DNA of 24,000 bases from Arthrobacter sp. StoSoilA2 (GCF_019977195.1 NZ_AP024643.1:4296887-4320886); one strand, 5' to 3'. Shown: positions 1 through 9,093, counted from the stretch's first letter. Program-made: numbers and translations. The notes: a model not told the origin generated them from the sequence alone.

Positions 1-23
1 ACATCCGAGAAAGAGGTCACCGC

Positions 24-995
24 ATGAGCACAGAAGCCGAAGCACCCACGGCGGGGGTCGTCGTCGTCGGCTCCCTGAACGCCGATTTAACGATCTACTG
101 CGACCGCCTCCCGAAGCCCGGCGAGACGGTCCACGGCAATGGTTTCGCCGTAAATCCCGGTGGCAAGAGTGCCAACCAGGCGGTGGCGGCCAGCAAGCTC
201 GGTGCCCAGGTCAGCCTGGTGGGCGCAGTGGGCGATGACGCCAACGGCACCATGCTCCTGGAGTCGACCGCCAACGCCGGCGTGGACGTTACCCGCGTCC
301 GACGCTCGGATGCCGCGACGGGCGTCGCGGTCATCTCGGTGGATGCCGGCGGCGAGAACAGCATTATCATCTCGGCCGGGGCAAACGGGACTCTAACCCC
401 GGCGGACGTGCGCGCGGCAGCGGACACCTTCAACAATGCTGCGGTGGTCTGCCTCTGCCTTGAAGTCGCGATCGATACTGTGATCGCCGCTGCACAAGCA
501 GGGCACGACGCCGGCGCTACCGTCTTGTTGAACCTCTCGCCTTACGCGGAGGTGCCGGAGGTCCTGGCCGAGTTGAGCGACGTACTGCTGGTCAATGCGC
601 ACGAGGCCTCACTGTTCCTTGGTGGCGAAGCCGACGTTCCTGCCGCCGACGCGGAGGCCGAAGCGTGGGAGCCGGTACGTAGCCAGTTTGCTGACCGGGG
701 TTTGCAGCGCGTGCTGGTAACGCTGGGCGCCCACGGGTCTGTTGTGCTGGATTCTTTGGCCCGGGGTACCCAGGACCAGATCACGCGCATTGCCCCTACC
801 CGCGTTTCGGCCGTCGACACCACGGGTGCCGGTGATGCTTTTACGGGGGCGGTCGCTGCACGCCTGGCTGCCGGAGACTCCCTCGCCGACGCCGCCGGGT
901 TCGCCTCAGTGGCTGCCGCGTTGGCCGCCACGAAGAAGGGCACTCAGGCCGCCTATCCCAGCATCGCGGATGTGGAGCGCTTGCGGAGCGTTTAG
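24..995 (+). CDS. rbsK: Ribokinase (PfkB carbohydrate kinase family)
   Basis: 323-aa ORF. The N-terminal VVVGSLNADL...PGETV...GGKSANQAVAA block and the C-terminal DTTGAGDAFTGA motif closely match my memory of E. coli RbsK. AGAGG at 12-16 lies 7 nt upstream of the ATG. Confidence 0.9.
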   Translation: MSTEAEAPTAGVVVVGSLNADLTIYCDRLPKPGETVHGNGFAVNPGGKSANQAVAASKLGAQVSLVGAVGDDANGTMLLESTANAGVDVTRVRRSDAATGVAVISVDAGGENSIIISAGANGTLTPADVRAAADTFNNAAVVCLCLEVAIDTVIAAAQAGHDAGATVLLNLSPYAEVPEVLAELSDVLLVNAHEASLFLGGEADVPAADAEAEAWEPVRSQFADRGLQRVLVTLGAHGSVVLDSLARGTQDQITRIAPTRVSAVDTTGAGDAFTGAVAARLAAGDSLADAAGFASVAAALAATKKGTQAAYPSIADVERLRSV

Positions 996-1014
996 TCCCA
1001 GCGTCCCAGGTGGG

Positions 1015-1344
1015 TTAGCGGGACTTGCGGGCTGCGCGTTGGGCCGAGCGCTCCACTGCCTTGCGGGTGAGGGCGCCGTGGCCGGCCATGAGCTTGGGGA
1101 CCACAACGTAGACCGCGGCCGGGACCACAAGCGCCGTCAGCAGGAGTGCCCGAAGGATAGGGTGCCACGGCTCCATGATTGGCCCGAGCAACAGCATGCC
1201 GATGGATACCAAGGGGAAGATCGCGAGCCAGGTGATCAGTGCCCTCACGTGGACGGAGGGAACTTTCGGGCGAGCCGGGACTGCGGGTGACGAGGACTGA
1301 ACGGCGATTTCCGGCGTTGTTTGAGTGGTCATGGCATTCTCCAA
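1015..1344 (-). CDS. Small integral membrane protein (two predicted TM helices), function unknown
   Basis: 109-aa ORF with two long hydrophobic stretches (ALITWLAIFPLVSIGMLLLGPI and ALLLTALVVPAAVYVVVP) and a basic C-terminal tail. It is divergent from a TetR regulator, a typical regulator/target pairing. No family could be assigned by eye. Confidence 0.6.
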   Translation of the reverse strand: MENAMTTQTTPEIAVQSSSPAVPARPKVPSVHVRALITWLAIFPLVSIGMLLLGPIMEPWHPILRALLLTALVVPAAVYVVVPKLMAGHGALTRKAVERSAQRAARKSR

Positions 1345-1397
1345 CCAGATAGTTGCATTTAGCTTGGTCCCACCATAACCGCACTCGGGAGCAAATA

Positions 1398-1411
1398 CAA
1401 CTAGTTAGTTG
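1398..1411. promoter_or_regulatory. Candidate TetR operator palindrome in the divergent promoter region
   Basis: CAACTA-gt-TAGTTG is a perfect 6-bp inverted repeat at 1398-1411. An extra TAGTTG half-site lies at 1350-1355. The palindrome sits 21 nt upstream of the TetR ATG, between divergent genes. Confidence 0.3.
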
Positions 1412-1431
1412 GGAAATGGTAATCTGTAGTT

Positions 1432-2070
1432 ATGGCATGGGACACAGAACGCACCAAGTCACTCCTGCTCGAGGCGGCGACGTCCGAGTTTTGCGCGCGC
1501 GGACTTGCCGGGGCCCGGATTGACCGCATCGCGGCTGAGGCGGGTGTCAACAAGGAACGCATCTACCAGTACTTCGGCAACAAGAACGGCCTTTTTGACG
1601 CGGTTATCGTCGCGGCGCTCAGCTCCCTCATGGACGAAGTACCCATTCATGGAAAGGGTCCGGAGGCCATGGCTGACTACGCTGGCCGGCTCTTTGACCA
1701 CCACCAAAAAGATGCGACCGCGCCGCGCCTCCTCTTCTGGGAAGGCCTGGAACGCGGCGCTGAAGTTGTGGGCCTGCCCAAACGGATGGCCAACTGTGCG
1801 TCCAAGGTCAACAGCACCATTGCAGCCCTTCCTGGAATCTCAAGGGAAGACGCCGGCGATCTCCTCATCACCATCGTGAGTCTTTGCGATGCCGCGCCCG
1901 TGCTGCCTGCACTCGATGGACTCATGGCCGGGAACGACCCCGGCCGCCTCGAAAGGCGACGCGCCGCCGTCGTGCGTACCGTCTACCTGACTGCCTCCGC
2001 GCTGGCTGCGGAAGCGGCACCTGCCGGGTCGTCGGCCACAGAAATTGCACCAGCCTCAGTGGCCCAGTAG
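1432..2070 (+). CDS. TetR/AcrR-family transcriptional regulator
   Basis: 212-aa ORF. The N-terminal HTH signature (ARIDRIAAEAGVNKERIYQYFGNKNGLF) is typical of the TetR_N domain. TAATCT at 1420-1425 lies just upstream of the ATG with no Shine-Dalgarno, so the mRNA may be leaderless. Confidence 0.9.
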   Translation: MAWDTERTKSLLLEAATSEFCARGLAGARIDRIAAEAGVNKERIYQYFGNKNGLFDAVIVAALSSLMDEVPIHGKGPEAMADYAGRLFDHHQKDATAPRLLFWEGLERGAEVVGLPKRMANCASKVNSTIAALPGISREDAGDLLITIVSLCDAAPVLPALDGLMAGNDPGRLERRRAAVVRTVYLTASALAAEAAPAGSSATEIAPASVAQ

Positions 2071-2168
2071 CCGCCCCCATACACCCTGTGACAGCTTTGA
2101 CAGGAAAAGTGACTTCGTTGTGAAGTGGCCCCTAGCCAAGAAGGGGTGCCATCAACCATGCTTGCTGC

Positions 2169-2750
2169 ATGTACTCAACGACGAGCCCATACCGCATCAT
2201 CACGGTCTGCACTGGAAACATCTGCCGCTCGCCCATGGCAGCGCTCATGCTTACCGAGGCCTTCGAAGCGGAAGGGCTCGGCAAGCTGGTCGTCGTGGAC
2301 TCAGCAGGCACCACCGGGTACGAGGTGGGGCACCCGATCGATCCCCGGGCGGCCCGCAAACTGACCGCCCACCACATCGCTTCCGAGGATCACGTCGCAC
2401 GCCAGTGGCGGCAAGAGTGGTTCACTGAGCGGGATCTCATCCTGGCGCTGGACGTCGACCATTTCGGCTGGCTCCAGGAGGGCGCACCGGATCGCGAATC
2501 GCTGGCAAAAGTCCGGATGCTGCGCAGCTTCGATCCCATGATGGCTGGGCGCAGTTCCCTGGATTTGGGTATCGAGGATCCCTGGTACGGCGGCCACACC
2601 GACTTCGACAACACCTGGACCCTCATCAAAGCCGCCATTCCAGGCATTGTGCGCCACGTGGGCGCTGCCCTAGCGGAAGACCGCGGGAGTAGCGCCAGCG
2701 ACGTCCGGGACGGAGCCACCGAGCACCAGCAGGTAACCTCTATGTCATGA
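2169..2750 (+). CDS. Low-molecular-weight protein-tyrosine phosphatase
   Basis: 193-aa ORF with the CX5R(S) P-loop (VCTGNICRSP) near the N-terminus and the DPWYG general-acid motif. Its stop overlaps the next gene's start (ATGA at 2747-2750). Confidence 0.9.
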   Translation: MYSTTSPYRIITVCTGNICRSPMAALMLTEAFEAEGLGKLVVVDSAGTTGYEVGHPIDPRAARKLTAHHIASEDHVARQWRQEWFTERDLILALDVDHFGWLQEGAPDRESLAKVRMLRSFDPMMAGRSSLDLGIEDPWYGGHTDFDNTWTLIKAAIPGIVRHVGAALAEDRGSSASDVRDGATEHQQVTSMS

Positions 2751-4780
2751 CCCCTGCACCCGTGATCATCGCCGTCGACGGGCGGTCCGGCGCGGGCAAG
2801 ACCACGCTGGCCGTCGAGCTGGCGGCCCGCCTTCGGGAGCACCACAAGGTTTCCCTTTTCCATCTTGAAGACATCTATCCCGGCTGGAACGGCCTTGCCA
2901 CAGGCATCGAACGATACATCGCAACGGTCCTGACGCCCTTGAGCCAAGGCGAGGCAGCAGAGTGGGTCAGCTGGGATTGGGAAAAGCATTACGACGGCGC
3001 GCTGCACGTCACGCTGCCAGCCGAAATCGTGATCGTCGAGGGTGTCGGGGCAGCAGCAAACGCCGCGCGCCCGATGCTGGACGCCATCGTCTGGGTCGAA
3101 TCCCCCGGGGACGACCGCCGTCGCCGGGCTTTGGCCCGTGACGGAGATACCTACGAACCCTACTGGGACACCTGGGCCGCCCAGGAAGATCTTTGGCTCG
3201 AAGCTGACCCTGTCATCGGCGCAGCAGACATCCGTGTCCAGAACCTCGCGGATGGCAACGCCCCGGACGACGTCCTGCAGGCCATGCGGTACCTGCCGTC
3301 GCTGGCAGCGATCCTCTCGCCGGAACTCAGCGCGCGCCGCGGCCTGCAGCTCCGGTCCGAAAAGATCAGCGCCGCTCCTGACGCCGAGGCGCTCTTTCAG
3401 AACCTTTACGGTTCCTCGGCCAACGCTGTCTGGTTGGATTCCTCCAACGCATCCGCGGTTTCTGGGACGTCCCAGGCTGCTGCCCGAAGCCGCTTCAGCA
3501 TTCTGGCGGACGACGGCGGCACGTTCGGACAGTCCGTCCAGCACCGTCAGGGAACCACCCAGGTAACGGTCGGAACAGCCACCGTGGAAACCGCCGGACC
3601 CTTCTTCCGCTGGCTCGATTCCGTATGGGGACGCCGGGCCGTGCGCGCACCCCGCGGCTACGATGGCCAGTTCACGCTCGGCTGGTTGGGTTATCTGGGC
3701 TACGAGCTCAAGCGGGAAACCGGGGGGAACGACGTCCAGGCAGGGACTCCCGACGCCGCCCTGCTCTTCGCTGGACGGGCCGTGGTGCTGGATCATCGCG
3801 AGCACACTGTGTGGCTGCTCGCCTTGGACGCGCCCGACGCCGATGACTGGTTCCGCGAGGCTCGAACCGCCGTCGGGGCTGCTTCAGCCGCCCCTGTTTC
3901 CGCCGTCGGGCCGGCTTCCGAGGTGGCTCCGGAATTCACTTGCCGTGACAGCGCGACGGACTACAAGCGCAAAATCGCCGACGCCCAGCATGAAATAAGC
4001 GAAGGCAACTCATACGAGGTCTGCCTGACCACCATGCTTGAAGCCCCTGCCGGCGGGCTTGATCCGTGGGAGAGCTACCGGGCATTGCGTCGCCGCAATC
4101 CGGCACCCTTCGCCAGTTACCTTCGGTTCGGCGAGCTGGTTGTCGCGAGCACTTCGCCCGAACGCTTCCTGCGGATTCTCTCCGACGGCGGCATGCGGGC
4201 CGAGCCGATCAAAGGCACGCGTGGGCGTTCCGCCGACCCCACGGAGGACGCCGAACTGCGCCGCGACCTGGAGACGTCGCTGAAGGACCGCGCCGAAAAC
4301 ATCATGATCGTGGACCTGCTGCGAAATGACCTGAGCCATTTCGCCGTTCCGGGCTCGGTGACGGTCAGCCGCTTGTGCGCGATCGAAAGCTACGCCACGG
4401 TGCATCAAATGGTGAGCACCGTGGACGCACATCTCCGCCCTGGCGCTCCGCGGGCAGAGGCCGTGGCTGCGGCCTTCCCGGCCGGTTCAATGACCGGGGC
4501 GCCGAAGATCAGCACCATGGACATTCTTGACCAGCTTGAGGCGGGTCCCCGCGGTATCTATTCGGGAGCAATCGGCTACTTCTCGCTGAATGCTGCCACG
4601 GACCTCGCCGTCGTGATCCGAACCCTGGTGGTGAATCCCGACGACGACGGCGGGCGAAAGCTGAGCCTGGGCGTCGGCGGGGCAATCACCGCCGATTCGG
4701 TGGCCGACGACGAGTACGAAGAGATCCGGACCAAGGCGTTTGGCGTGTTGTCGACGCTCGGGGCCGACTTCCCCGGCTGA
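2747..4780 (+). CDS. pabB: P-loop NTPase (uridine-kinase-like) domain fused to aminodeoxychorismate synthase component I (chorismate-binding enzyme)
   Basis: 677-aa ORF. Residues ~1-190 carry a Walker A motif (DGRSGAGKTTLA), a hydrophobic strand (IVIVEGVGA) and a WVESP...RR block typical of small nucleoside/nucleotide kinases. Residues ~200-677 carry chorismate-utilising motifs (SPERFL, PIKGTRGR, IMIVDLLRND, AAFPAGSMTGAPK, RGIYSGAIGY). No glutamine amidotransferase domain is present. Confidence 0.85.
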   Translation: MTPAPVIIAVDGRSGAGKTTLAVELAARLREHHKVSLFHLEDIYPGWNGLATGIERYIATVLTPLSQGEAAEWVSWDWEKHYDGALHVTLPAEIVIVEGVGAAANAARPMLDAIVWVESPGDDRRRRALARDGDTYEPYWDTWAAQEDLWLEADPVIGAADIRVQNLADGNAPDDVLQAMRYLPSLAAILSPELSARRGLQLRSEKISAAPDAEALFQNLYGSSANAVWLDSSNASAVSGTSQAAARSRFSILADDGGTFGQSVQHRQGTTQVTVGTATVETAGPFFRWLDSVWGRRAVRAPRGYDGQFTLGWLGYLGYELKRETGGNDVQAGTPDAALLFAGRAVVLDHREHTVWLLALDAPDADDWFREARTAVGAASAAPVSAVGPASEVAPEFTCRDSATDYKRKIADAQHEISEGNSYEVCLTTMLEAPAGGLDPWESYRALRRRNPAPFASYLRFGELVVASTSPERFLRILSDGGMRAEPIKGTRGRSADPTEDAELRRDLETSLKDRAENIMIVDLLRNDLSHFAVPGSVTVSRLCAIESYATVHQMVSTVDAHLRPGAPRAEAVAAAFPAGSMTGAPKISTMDILDQLEAGPRGIYSGAIGYFSLNAATDLAVVIRTLVVNPDDDGGRKLSLGVGGAITADSVADDEYEEIRTKAFGVLSTLGADFPG

Positions 4781-4783
4781 GGA

Positions 4784-6277
4784 CTATTGGAGCGTCGCGG
4801 TCAACCTCGCGACGTTATCCACGTACTTGGCCAAGGGGGGTCTGTCCATCCAGTCGTCCAACGTAAGCTCACGGGATACCTCGCGATACGTGGACTCCAC
4901 GGCCCGCATGAGGTTCACGGTTTCGGCGCCCAGCAGCATCACCGAAACTTCCATGTTCAGGGAGAAGGAGCGCATGTCCATATTGCTGGAACCGAGAACC
5001 GCAACTTCGTCGTCGATCGTGAAGTGCTTTGCGTGGAGTACGTACGGCGCCCGGTACAGGTAGATGCGGACACCCGCTTCCAACAGTGCTTCGTAGTAGG
5101 AACGTTGGGCGTGGTGGACCAGGAATTGGTCACCCTTTTCCGAAACAAAGAGCTCCACATCCACGCCGCGCTGGGCAGCTGTAGTGATCGCATAGAGCAG
5201 GGAGTCATCAGGCACGAAGTACGGGCTGCAGATGGAGATCCTGTGCTGCGCCGAGTAGATCAGCGTATTGAACAGGCGCAGGTTGTTCTCGGTGGCGAAC
5301 CCTGGACCACTCGGGACCACCTGGGCCGTGACCTGTCCCGGGGAGGGCTGGGCGGGAAGGCGAAGCTGGCTCTCGAGTGATTCGTCGGTTTCGCTGAGCC
5401 AGTCGGTTGCGAAAACTACGTTGAGGGTGGCCACAATCGGCCCTTCAAGCCGGGCCATGAGTTCAACCCATTGACGGCCGGCACGGCGATGCTTGGGATT
5501 GTTATAGGAGGGCTCGATCAGGTTCTGCGAGCCGGTGAAGGCCAGCGTCCCGTCGATGACCAGGATCTTGCGGTGGTTCCTGAGATCGGGGCGGCGCCAC
5601 TGGCCGTGGATGGGCAGCAGTGGCAACATCCGCTTCCACTGGATCTTGCCTGCCTTGAGCCGGCGGACCAAGCGGCGGTAGCCCTTGATGCGCAGGGTTC
5701 CGATGTGGTCAAAGAGGAGCCTGACGGTTACACCCCGCTCGGCGGCCTTCTCCAGTTCAGTGAGCAATTCATCCGTTACGAAGTCGCTGCTCATGATGTA
5801 GAACTCTGCATTGACGTAGTCCGTAGCACCCCGCACTGCCTCGGCCATGGCTTTGATGGACTCCTGGTAGCCAGGAATGAGCTCCACCTTGTTGCCATCG
5901 ACCATCGGCAGCGAGCCAAGGCGATGGTTCAACTCACCCGCGGACTTCACCCATTCCGGGCCAGGATAGGTGCTGACGGGGTCGGCCAGGTCGGAGGTGA
6001 CAGCGCGAACTCGATGGTTCACTTGTTCCTGCTGCTCACGCCGGCGCTTGGACAAACGGAAATTGCCAAAAAGCAGGAAGAGCACGAACCCAACGGTCGG
6101 GACGAGGAAAACAGCCAGAAGCCAGGCCATGGCCGTGGTGGGGCGACGGTTTCCGGGAATGATGCCCAGCAGCACGATGCGCATGATGACTTCCGCAATG
6201 GCCCAAGCACCTAAAAGCCAGGTCCATTCCGGGCCAATCGGAAAAGGAAAAAGCACTCCACAACCCCCACGGTCCAA
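4784..6277 (-). CDS. cls: Cardiolipin synthase (phospholipase D superfamily)
   Basis: 497-aa ORF with N-terminal TM helices and two HKD motifs (HRKILVIDG...GSQN and HAKHFTIDD...GSSN). Confidence 0.9.
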   Translation of the reverse strand: MDRGGCGVLFPFPIGPEWTWLLGAWAIAEVIMRIVLLGIIPGNRRPTTAMAWLLAVFLVPTVGFVLFLLFGNFRLSKRRREQQEQVNHRVRAVTSDLADPVSTYPGPEWVKSAGELNHRLGSLPMVDGNKVELIPGYQESIKAMAEAVRGATDYVNAEFYIMSSDFVTDELLTELEKAAERGVTVRLLFDHIGTLRIKGYRRLVRRLKAGKIQWKRMLPLLPIHGQWRRPDLRNHRKILVIDGTLAFTGSQNLIEPSYNNPKHRRAGRQWVELMARLEGPIVATLNVVFATDWLSETDESLESQLRLPAQPSPGQVTAQVVPSGPGFATENNLRLFNTLIYSAQHRISICSPYFVPDDSLLYAITTAAQRGVDVELFVSEKGDQFLVHHAQRSYYEALLEAGVRIYLYRAPYVLHAKHFTIDDEVAVLGSSNMDMRSFSLNMEVSVMLLGAETVNLMRAVESTYREVSRELTLDDWMDRPPLAKYVDNVARLTATLQ

Positions 6278-6352
6278 GAACTAACGGTGACCACAGCCTA
6301 TCCGCCCGCCGTGCAGGAGGGCCGCACCGGGGTGCCGCACTAAGCTGGGAAC

Positions 6353-7294
6353 ATGACTTCTCCTGCCCCCACGGTTCTCGTTTTCCTGGACCCGGCCTTC
6401 GAAAACGGCCGCATTGCCGATTCCAGCCAGCCCCAGCTCATGGCCACGGACCTGGGCGCTACCCGTGGCGACGGCGTGTTCGAGTCCCTTCTGGCCGTGC
6501 AGGGCAGGGCGCGCAAAGTTCAGGCACACCTGAACCGGCTGGGCACTTCCGCAGCTGCCTTGGACTTGTCGATTCCGGAGCAGGACGTCTGGCGAAGGGC
6601 GATTGACACCGCGATCACGGAGTTCCGCACGGTGCACCCCGCGCCGACACCCGAAGAGGACGAAGTCGTCATCAAGCTGATCGTGACCCGTGGCGTTGAA
6701 GGTGCGGCCAGCCCCACATGCTGGGTACAGGCCTCGCCCTCACCCGCAGGCAGCCGCCGGCAGCGCGAGACGGGCATCGACGTCGTCCTCCTGGACCGCG
6801 GCTTCGACACCGAAGCCGGCGAGCGTGCGCCGTGGCTGCTGCTGGGCGCCAAGACGCTCTCCTACGCCGTGAACATGGCTGCGCTGCGTTACGCCCACAA
6901 GCAGGGCGCCGATGACGCCATCTTCACCTCCACGGATGGCCGCGTTCTTGAGGGGCCGACGTCCACTGTGTTGCTCGCCCACCTCGAGACAGTGGACGAC
7001 GGCGAGGGTTCCGTCAGGACTGTTCGTCGCCTCATCACGCCGCAACTGGATAGCGGCATTCTCCCCGGTACATCGCAGGGCGCGCTGTTCGCCGCCGCGA
7101 AGGCTGCCGGCTGGGAGCTCGGGTATGGGCCGCTGGTGCCGCAGGACCTGTTCGACGCAGACGCCGTTTGGCTCATTTCGAGCATCCGCTTGATCGCGCC
7201 CGTGAATCACATCAACGGCCACGAGATCGGTACTCCCGCTGTCCGGAAGCAGCTCACTGCCGAACTGAATGAGCTGTTTGCCGGGATCGAGTAA
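6353..7294 (+). CDS. pabC: Class IV aminotransferase-fold protein, probable aminodeoxychorismate lyase
   Basis: 313-aa ORF with the fold-type IV pattern (GDGVFES, GAKTLSYAVNMAA containing the candidate PLP lysine, ILPGTS). It lies near the pabB-like gene. Motifs alone cannot distinguish it from a branched-chain or D-amino-acid aminotransferase. Confidence 0.7.
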   Translation: MTSPAPTVLVFLDPAFENGRIADSSQPQLMATDLGATRGDGVFESLLAVQGRARKVQAHLNRLGTSAAALDLSIPEQDVWRRAIDTAITEFRTVHPAPTPEEDEVVIKLIVTRGVEGAASPTCWVQASPSPAGSRRQRETGIDVVLLDRGFDTEAGERAPWLLLGAKTLSYAVNMAALRYAHKQGADDAIFTSTDGRVLEGPTSTVLLAHLETVDDGEGSVRTVRRLITPQLDSGILPGTSQGALFAAAKAAGWELGYGPLVPQDLFDADAVWLISSIRLIAPVNHINGHEIGTPAVRKQLTAELNELFAGIE

Positions 7295-7378
7295 TTCCGG
7301 CCGGCCAGACTGAGGCCTACTCTGCTCCGCTTGGAACCTAGCAGATGACAAGTAGAGTAATTGCTCGCATGACTTATT

Positions 7379-7437
7379 GATAAGGAACTCTTGGTCTCAG
7401 CAGTGACCTTCACGGGGGTTCAATCGCGTTCCTTATC
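7379..7437 (+). promoter_or_regulatory. Stem-loop in the 250-nt AT-richer leader of the permease gene (function unknown)
   Basis: GATAAGGAAC (7379-7388) pairs perfectly with GTTCCTTATC (7428-7437). An internal GGTC(n8)GACC hairpin is also present. It lies 109 nt upstream of the permease start. Confidence 0.25.
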
Positions 7438-7545
7438 CTCCTTGAAATGGGCGTCCGTCATGTGATGAATCTTGTTCTCGTGTTAGTTGGATCACGTCCT
7501 CCCAACACCATTTGAGACTTTGCTGGCTAACTTCCCGGAGGGAAT

Positions 7546-8994
7546 ATGGGACACAGCTCCCCCACAACAGCCGAGGCATCGGCACCCGAGGCGCAGTCGG
7601 AGACTGGCGCCTCACAGACAGGGCTTCGCCGGTCCATGGAGGCCCGGCACCTGGTGATGATTGCCATGGGTGGCGTCATCGGCTCAGGCCTTTTCGTCAG
7701 CTCGGGTTACACCATTGCCACCGCGGGCCCTTTGGGCGCCGTTCTCGCGTTCCTTATCGGAGCCGTGGTGGTCTACCTGGTGATGGCATGCCTCGGGGAA
7801 CTCGCCGTTGCGTTCCCCGTTTCCGGTGCCTTCCATATCTACGCTGCCCGGACCATCGGACCTGCCACCGGTTTCGCCACGGCCTGGCTCTACTGGCTTT
7901 GCTGGGCGGTGGCATTGGGTTCGGAATTCACTGCGGCCGGCCTGCTCATGCAGCGCTGGTTCCCTGGCGTCGACGTCTGGATTTGGTGCTTCATATTCGC
8001 CAGCGTCCTGTTCACCCTCAATGCCATCTCATCGCGTGTCTTCGGTGAATCAGAGTTCTGGTTCGCGCTCATCAAGGTTGCCGCCGTCGTCGGCCTGATT
8101 GTCTTGGGTGGCGCCGCTTTGATGGGCTTCCACCCGCTCGCCGCAGGCGACTACCCGTCGCTCACCAGCAACTTCAGCACACCCGAGGGGCTGTTCCCCA
8201 ACGGCTTCACGGGCGTCTTCGTCACCTGCCTGGCGGTCTTCTACGCCTTCTCAGGCTCCGAACTGATCGGTGTGGCCGCCGGCGAAACATCCAATCCCGG
8301 TGCCAACATCCCCAAGGCCATGCGGACCACGGTCATCCGTCTCATGATCTTCTTTGTCGGGGCGATTACCGTCATCGCAGCGACCATCCCCTATGAGAAG
8401 GTCAGCGTTGACGAAAGCCCGTTTGTCACCGTCTTCTCGATGCTCGGCATTCCGTTCGCTGCGGACATCATGAATTTCGTAATCATCACCGCCCTGTTGT
8501 CTGCTGGAAACTGTGGACTCTACTCCTGTGCCCGCATGCTCTTCTCGCTGGCCGACGAAGGACACGCCCCCAAGGCGTTCAGGAAGCTAACCAAGCGTGG
8601 CATCCCGATGATTGCCCTGTGCGTCAGCATGCTCGGTGGCCTTGCCTCGCTGATCAGCAGCATTGTGGCGCCGGCAACCGTGTACCTGGTTCTCGTCTCG
8701 ATCGCCGGCTTTGCAACTGTGGGCGTGTGGATGTCCATCGTGGCCTCGCACTTCGTGTACAGGCGTACGTTTATCAGGAACGGCGGCGACCTCAGCACGC
8801 TCCCTTACAAGGCACCGTTCTTCCCTCTGGTTCCGATCCTTGCGTTCGCGCTGTGCGTTGTGTCCCTGATCGGCATTGCCTTTGACCCCAACCAGGTAGC
8901 GGCACTGCTGTTCGGCATCCCGTTCGTAGGGGCTTGCTACGCGTTCTTCTACTTCAAGTACGGACGACGCGCCAAGATTCCCGTGGCCTCCTGA
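7546..8994 (+). CDS. Amino acid permease (APC superfamily, AAT family; LysP-like)
   Basis: 482-aa ORF with about 12 hydrophobic segments. The signature RHLVMIAMGGVIGSGLFVSSG...LGELAVAFPVSGAF is typical of basic/aromatic amino-acid permeases. GGAGGG lies 5-10 nt upstream of the ATG. Confidence 0.9.
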   Translation: MGHSSPTTAEASAPEAQSETGASQTGLRRSMEARHLVMIAMGGVIGSGLFVSSGYTIATAGPLGAVLAFLIGAVVVYLVMACLGELAVAFPVSGAFHIYAARTIGPATGFATAWLYWLCWAVALGSEFTAAGLLMQRWFPGVDVWIWCFIFASVLFTLNAISSRVFGESEFWFALIKVAAVVGLIVLGGAALMGFHPLAAGDYPSLTSNFSTPEGLFPNGFTGVFVTCLAVFYAFSGSELIGVAAGETSNPGANIPKAMRTTVIRLMIFFVGAITVIAATIPYEKVSVDESPFVTVFSMLGIPFAADIMNFVIITALLSAGNCGLYSCARMLFSLADEGHAPKAFRKLTKRGIPMIALCVSMLGGLASLISSIVAPATVYLVLVSIAGFATVGVWMSIVASHFVYRRTFIRNGGDLSTLPYKAPFFPLVPILAFALCVVSLIGIAFDPNQVAALLFGIPFVGACYAFFYFKYGRRAKIPVAS

Positions 8995-9009
8995 CTTCTT
9001 TGGCGGCAG

Positions 9010-9059
9010 ATCAGCCCCTGTGCAACCCATTCCGGCTGCGCAGGGGCTGATGTTGTTTG
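9010..9059 (+). terminator. Rho-independent terminator of the permease gene
   Basis: ATCAGCCCCTG (9010-9020) pairs with CAGGGGCTGAT (9041-9051). The stem extends by G.U plus 3 bp, giving a 12-nt loop, and is followed by GTTGTTTG. It starts 16 nt after the stop codon. Confidence 0.65.
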
Positions 9060-9093
9060 AAAGTAGGTCAGGACGCCAAACGGCCTCCCAAGT

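Noticed and set aside
2097-2150. TTGACA (2097-2102) as a -35 box and a GGCCCCT...AGGGGTGCC hairpin as a TetR-gene terminator upstream of the phosphatase
   Set aside because: No convincing -10 lies at the right spacing and the hairpin is short and bulged. This is too weak to report as a feature.
2390-3805. 471-aa ORF antisense to the P-loop::PabB gene
   Set aside because: This is a typical long shadow ORF of high-GC DNA. It is Arg/Gly/Pro-rich with no recognisable motifs, whereas the sense strand has clear family motifs.
5471-6214. 247-aa ORF antisense to cardiolipin synthase
   Set aside because: Shadow ORF. The opposite strand carries both HKD motifs and TM helices.
7295-7545. Lysine riboswitch (L-box) or a tRNA/tRNA remnant (GGGGGTTCAATC resembles a T-loop) upstream of the permease
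   Set aside because: I could not find the conserved L-box blocks. The T-loop-like motif lacks a complementary T-stem, and the 59-nt closed structure is too short for a cloverleaf.
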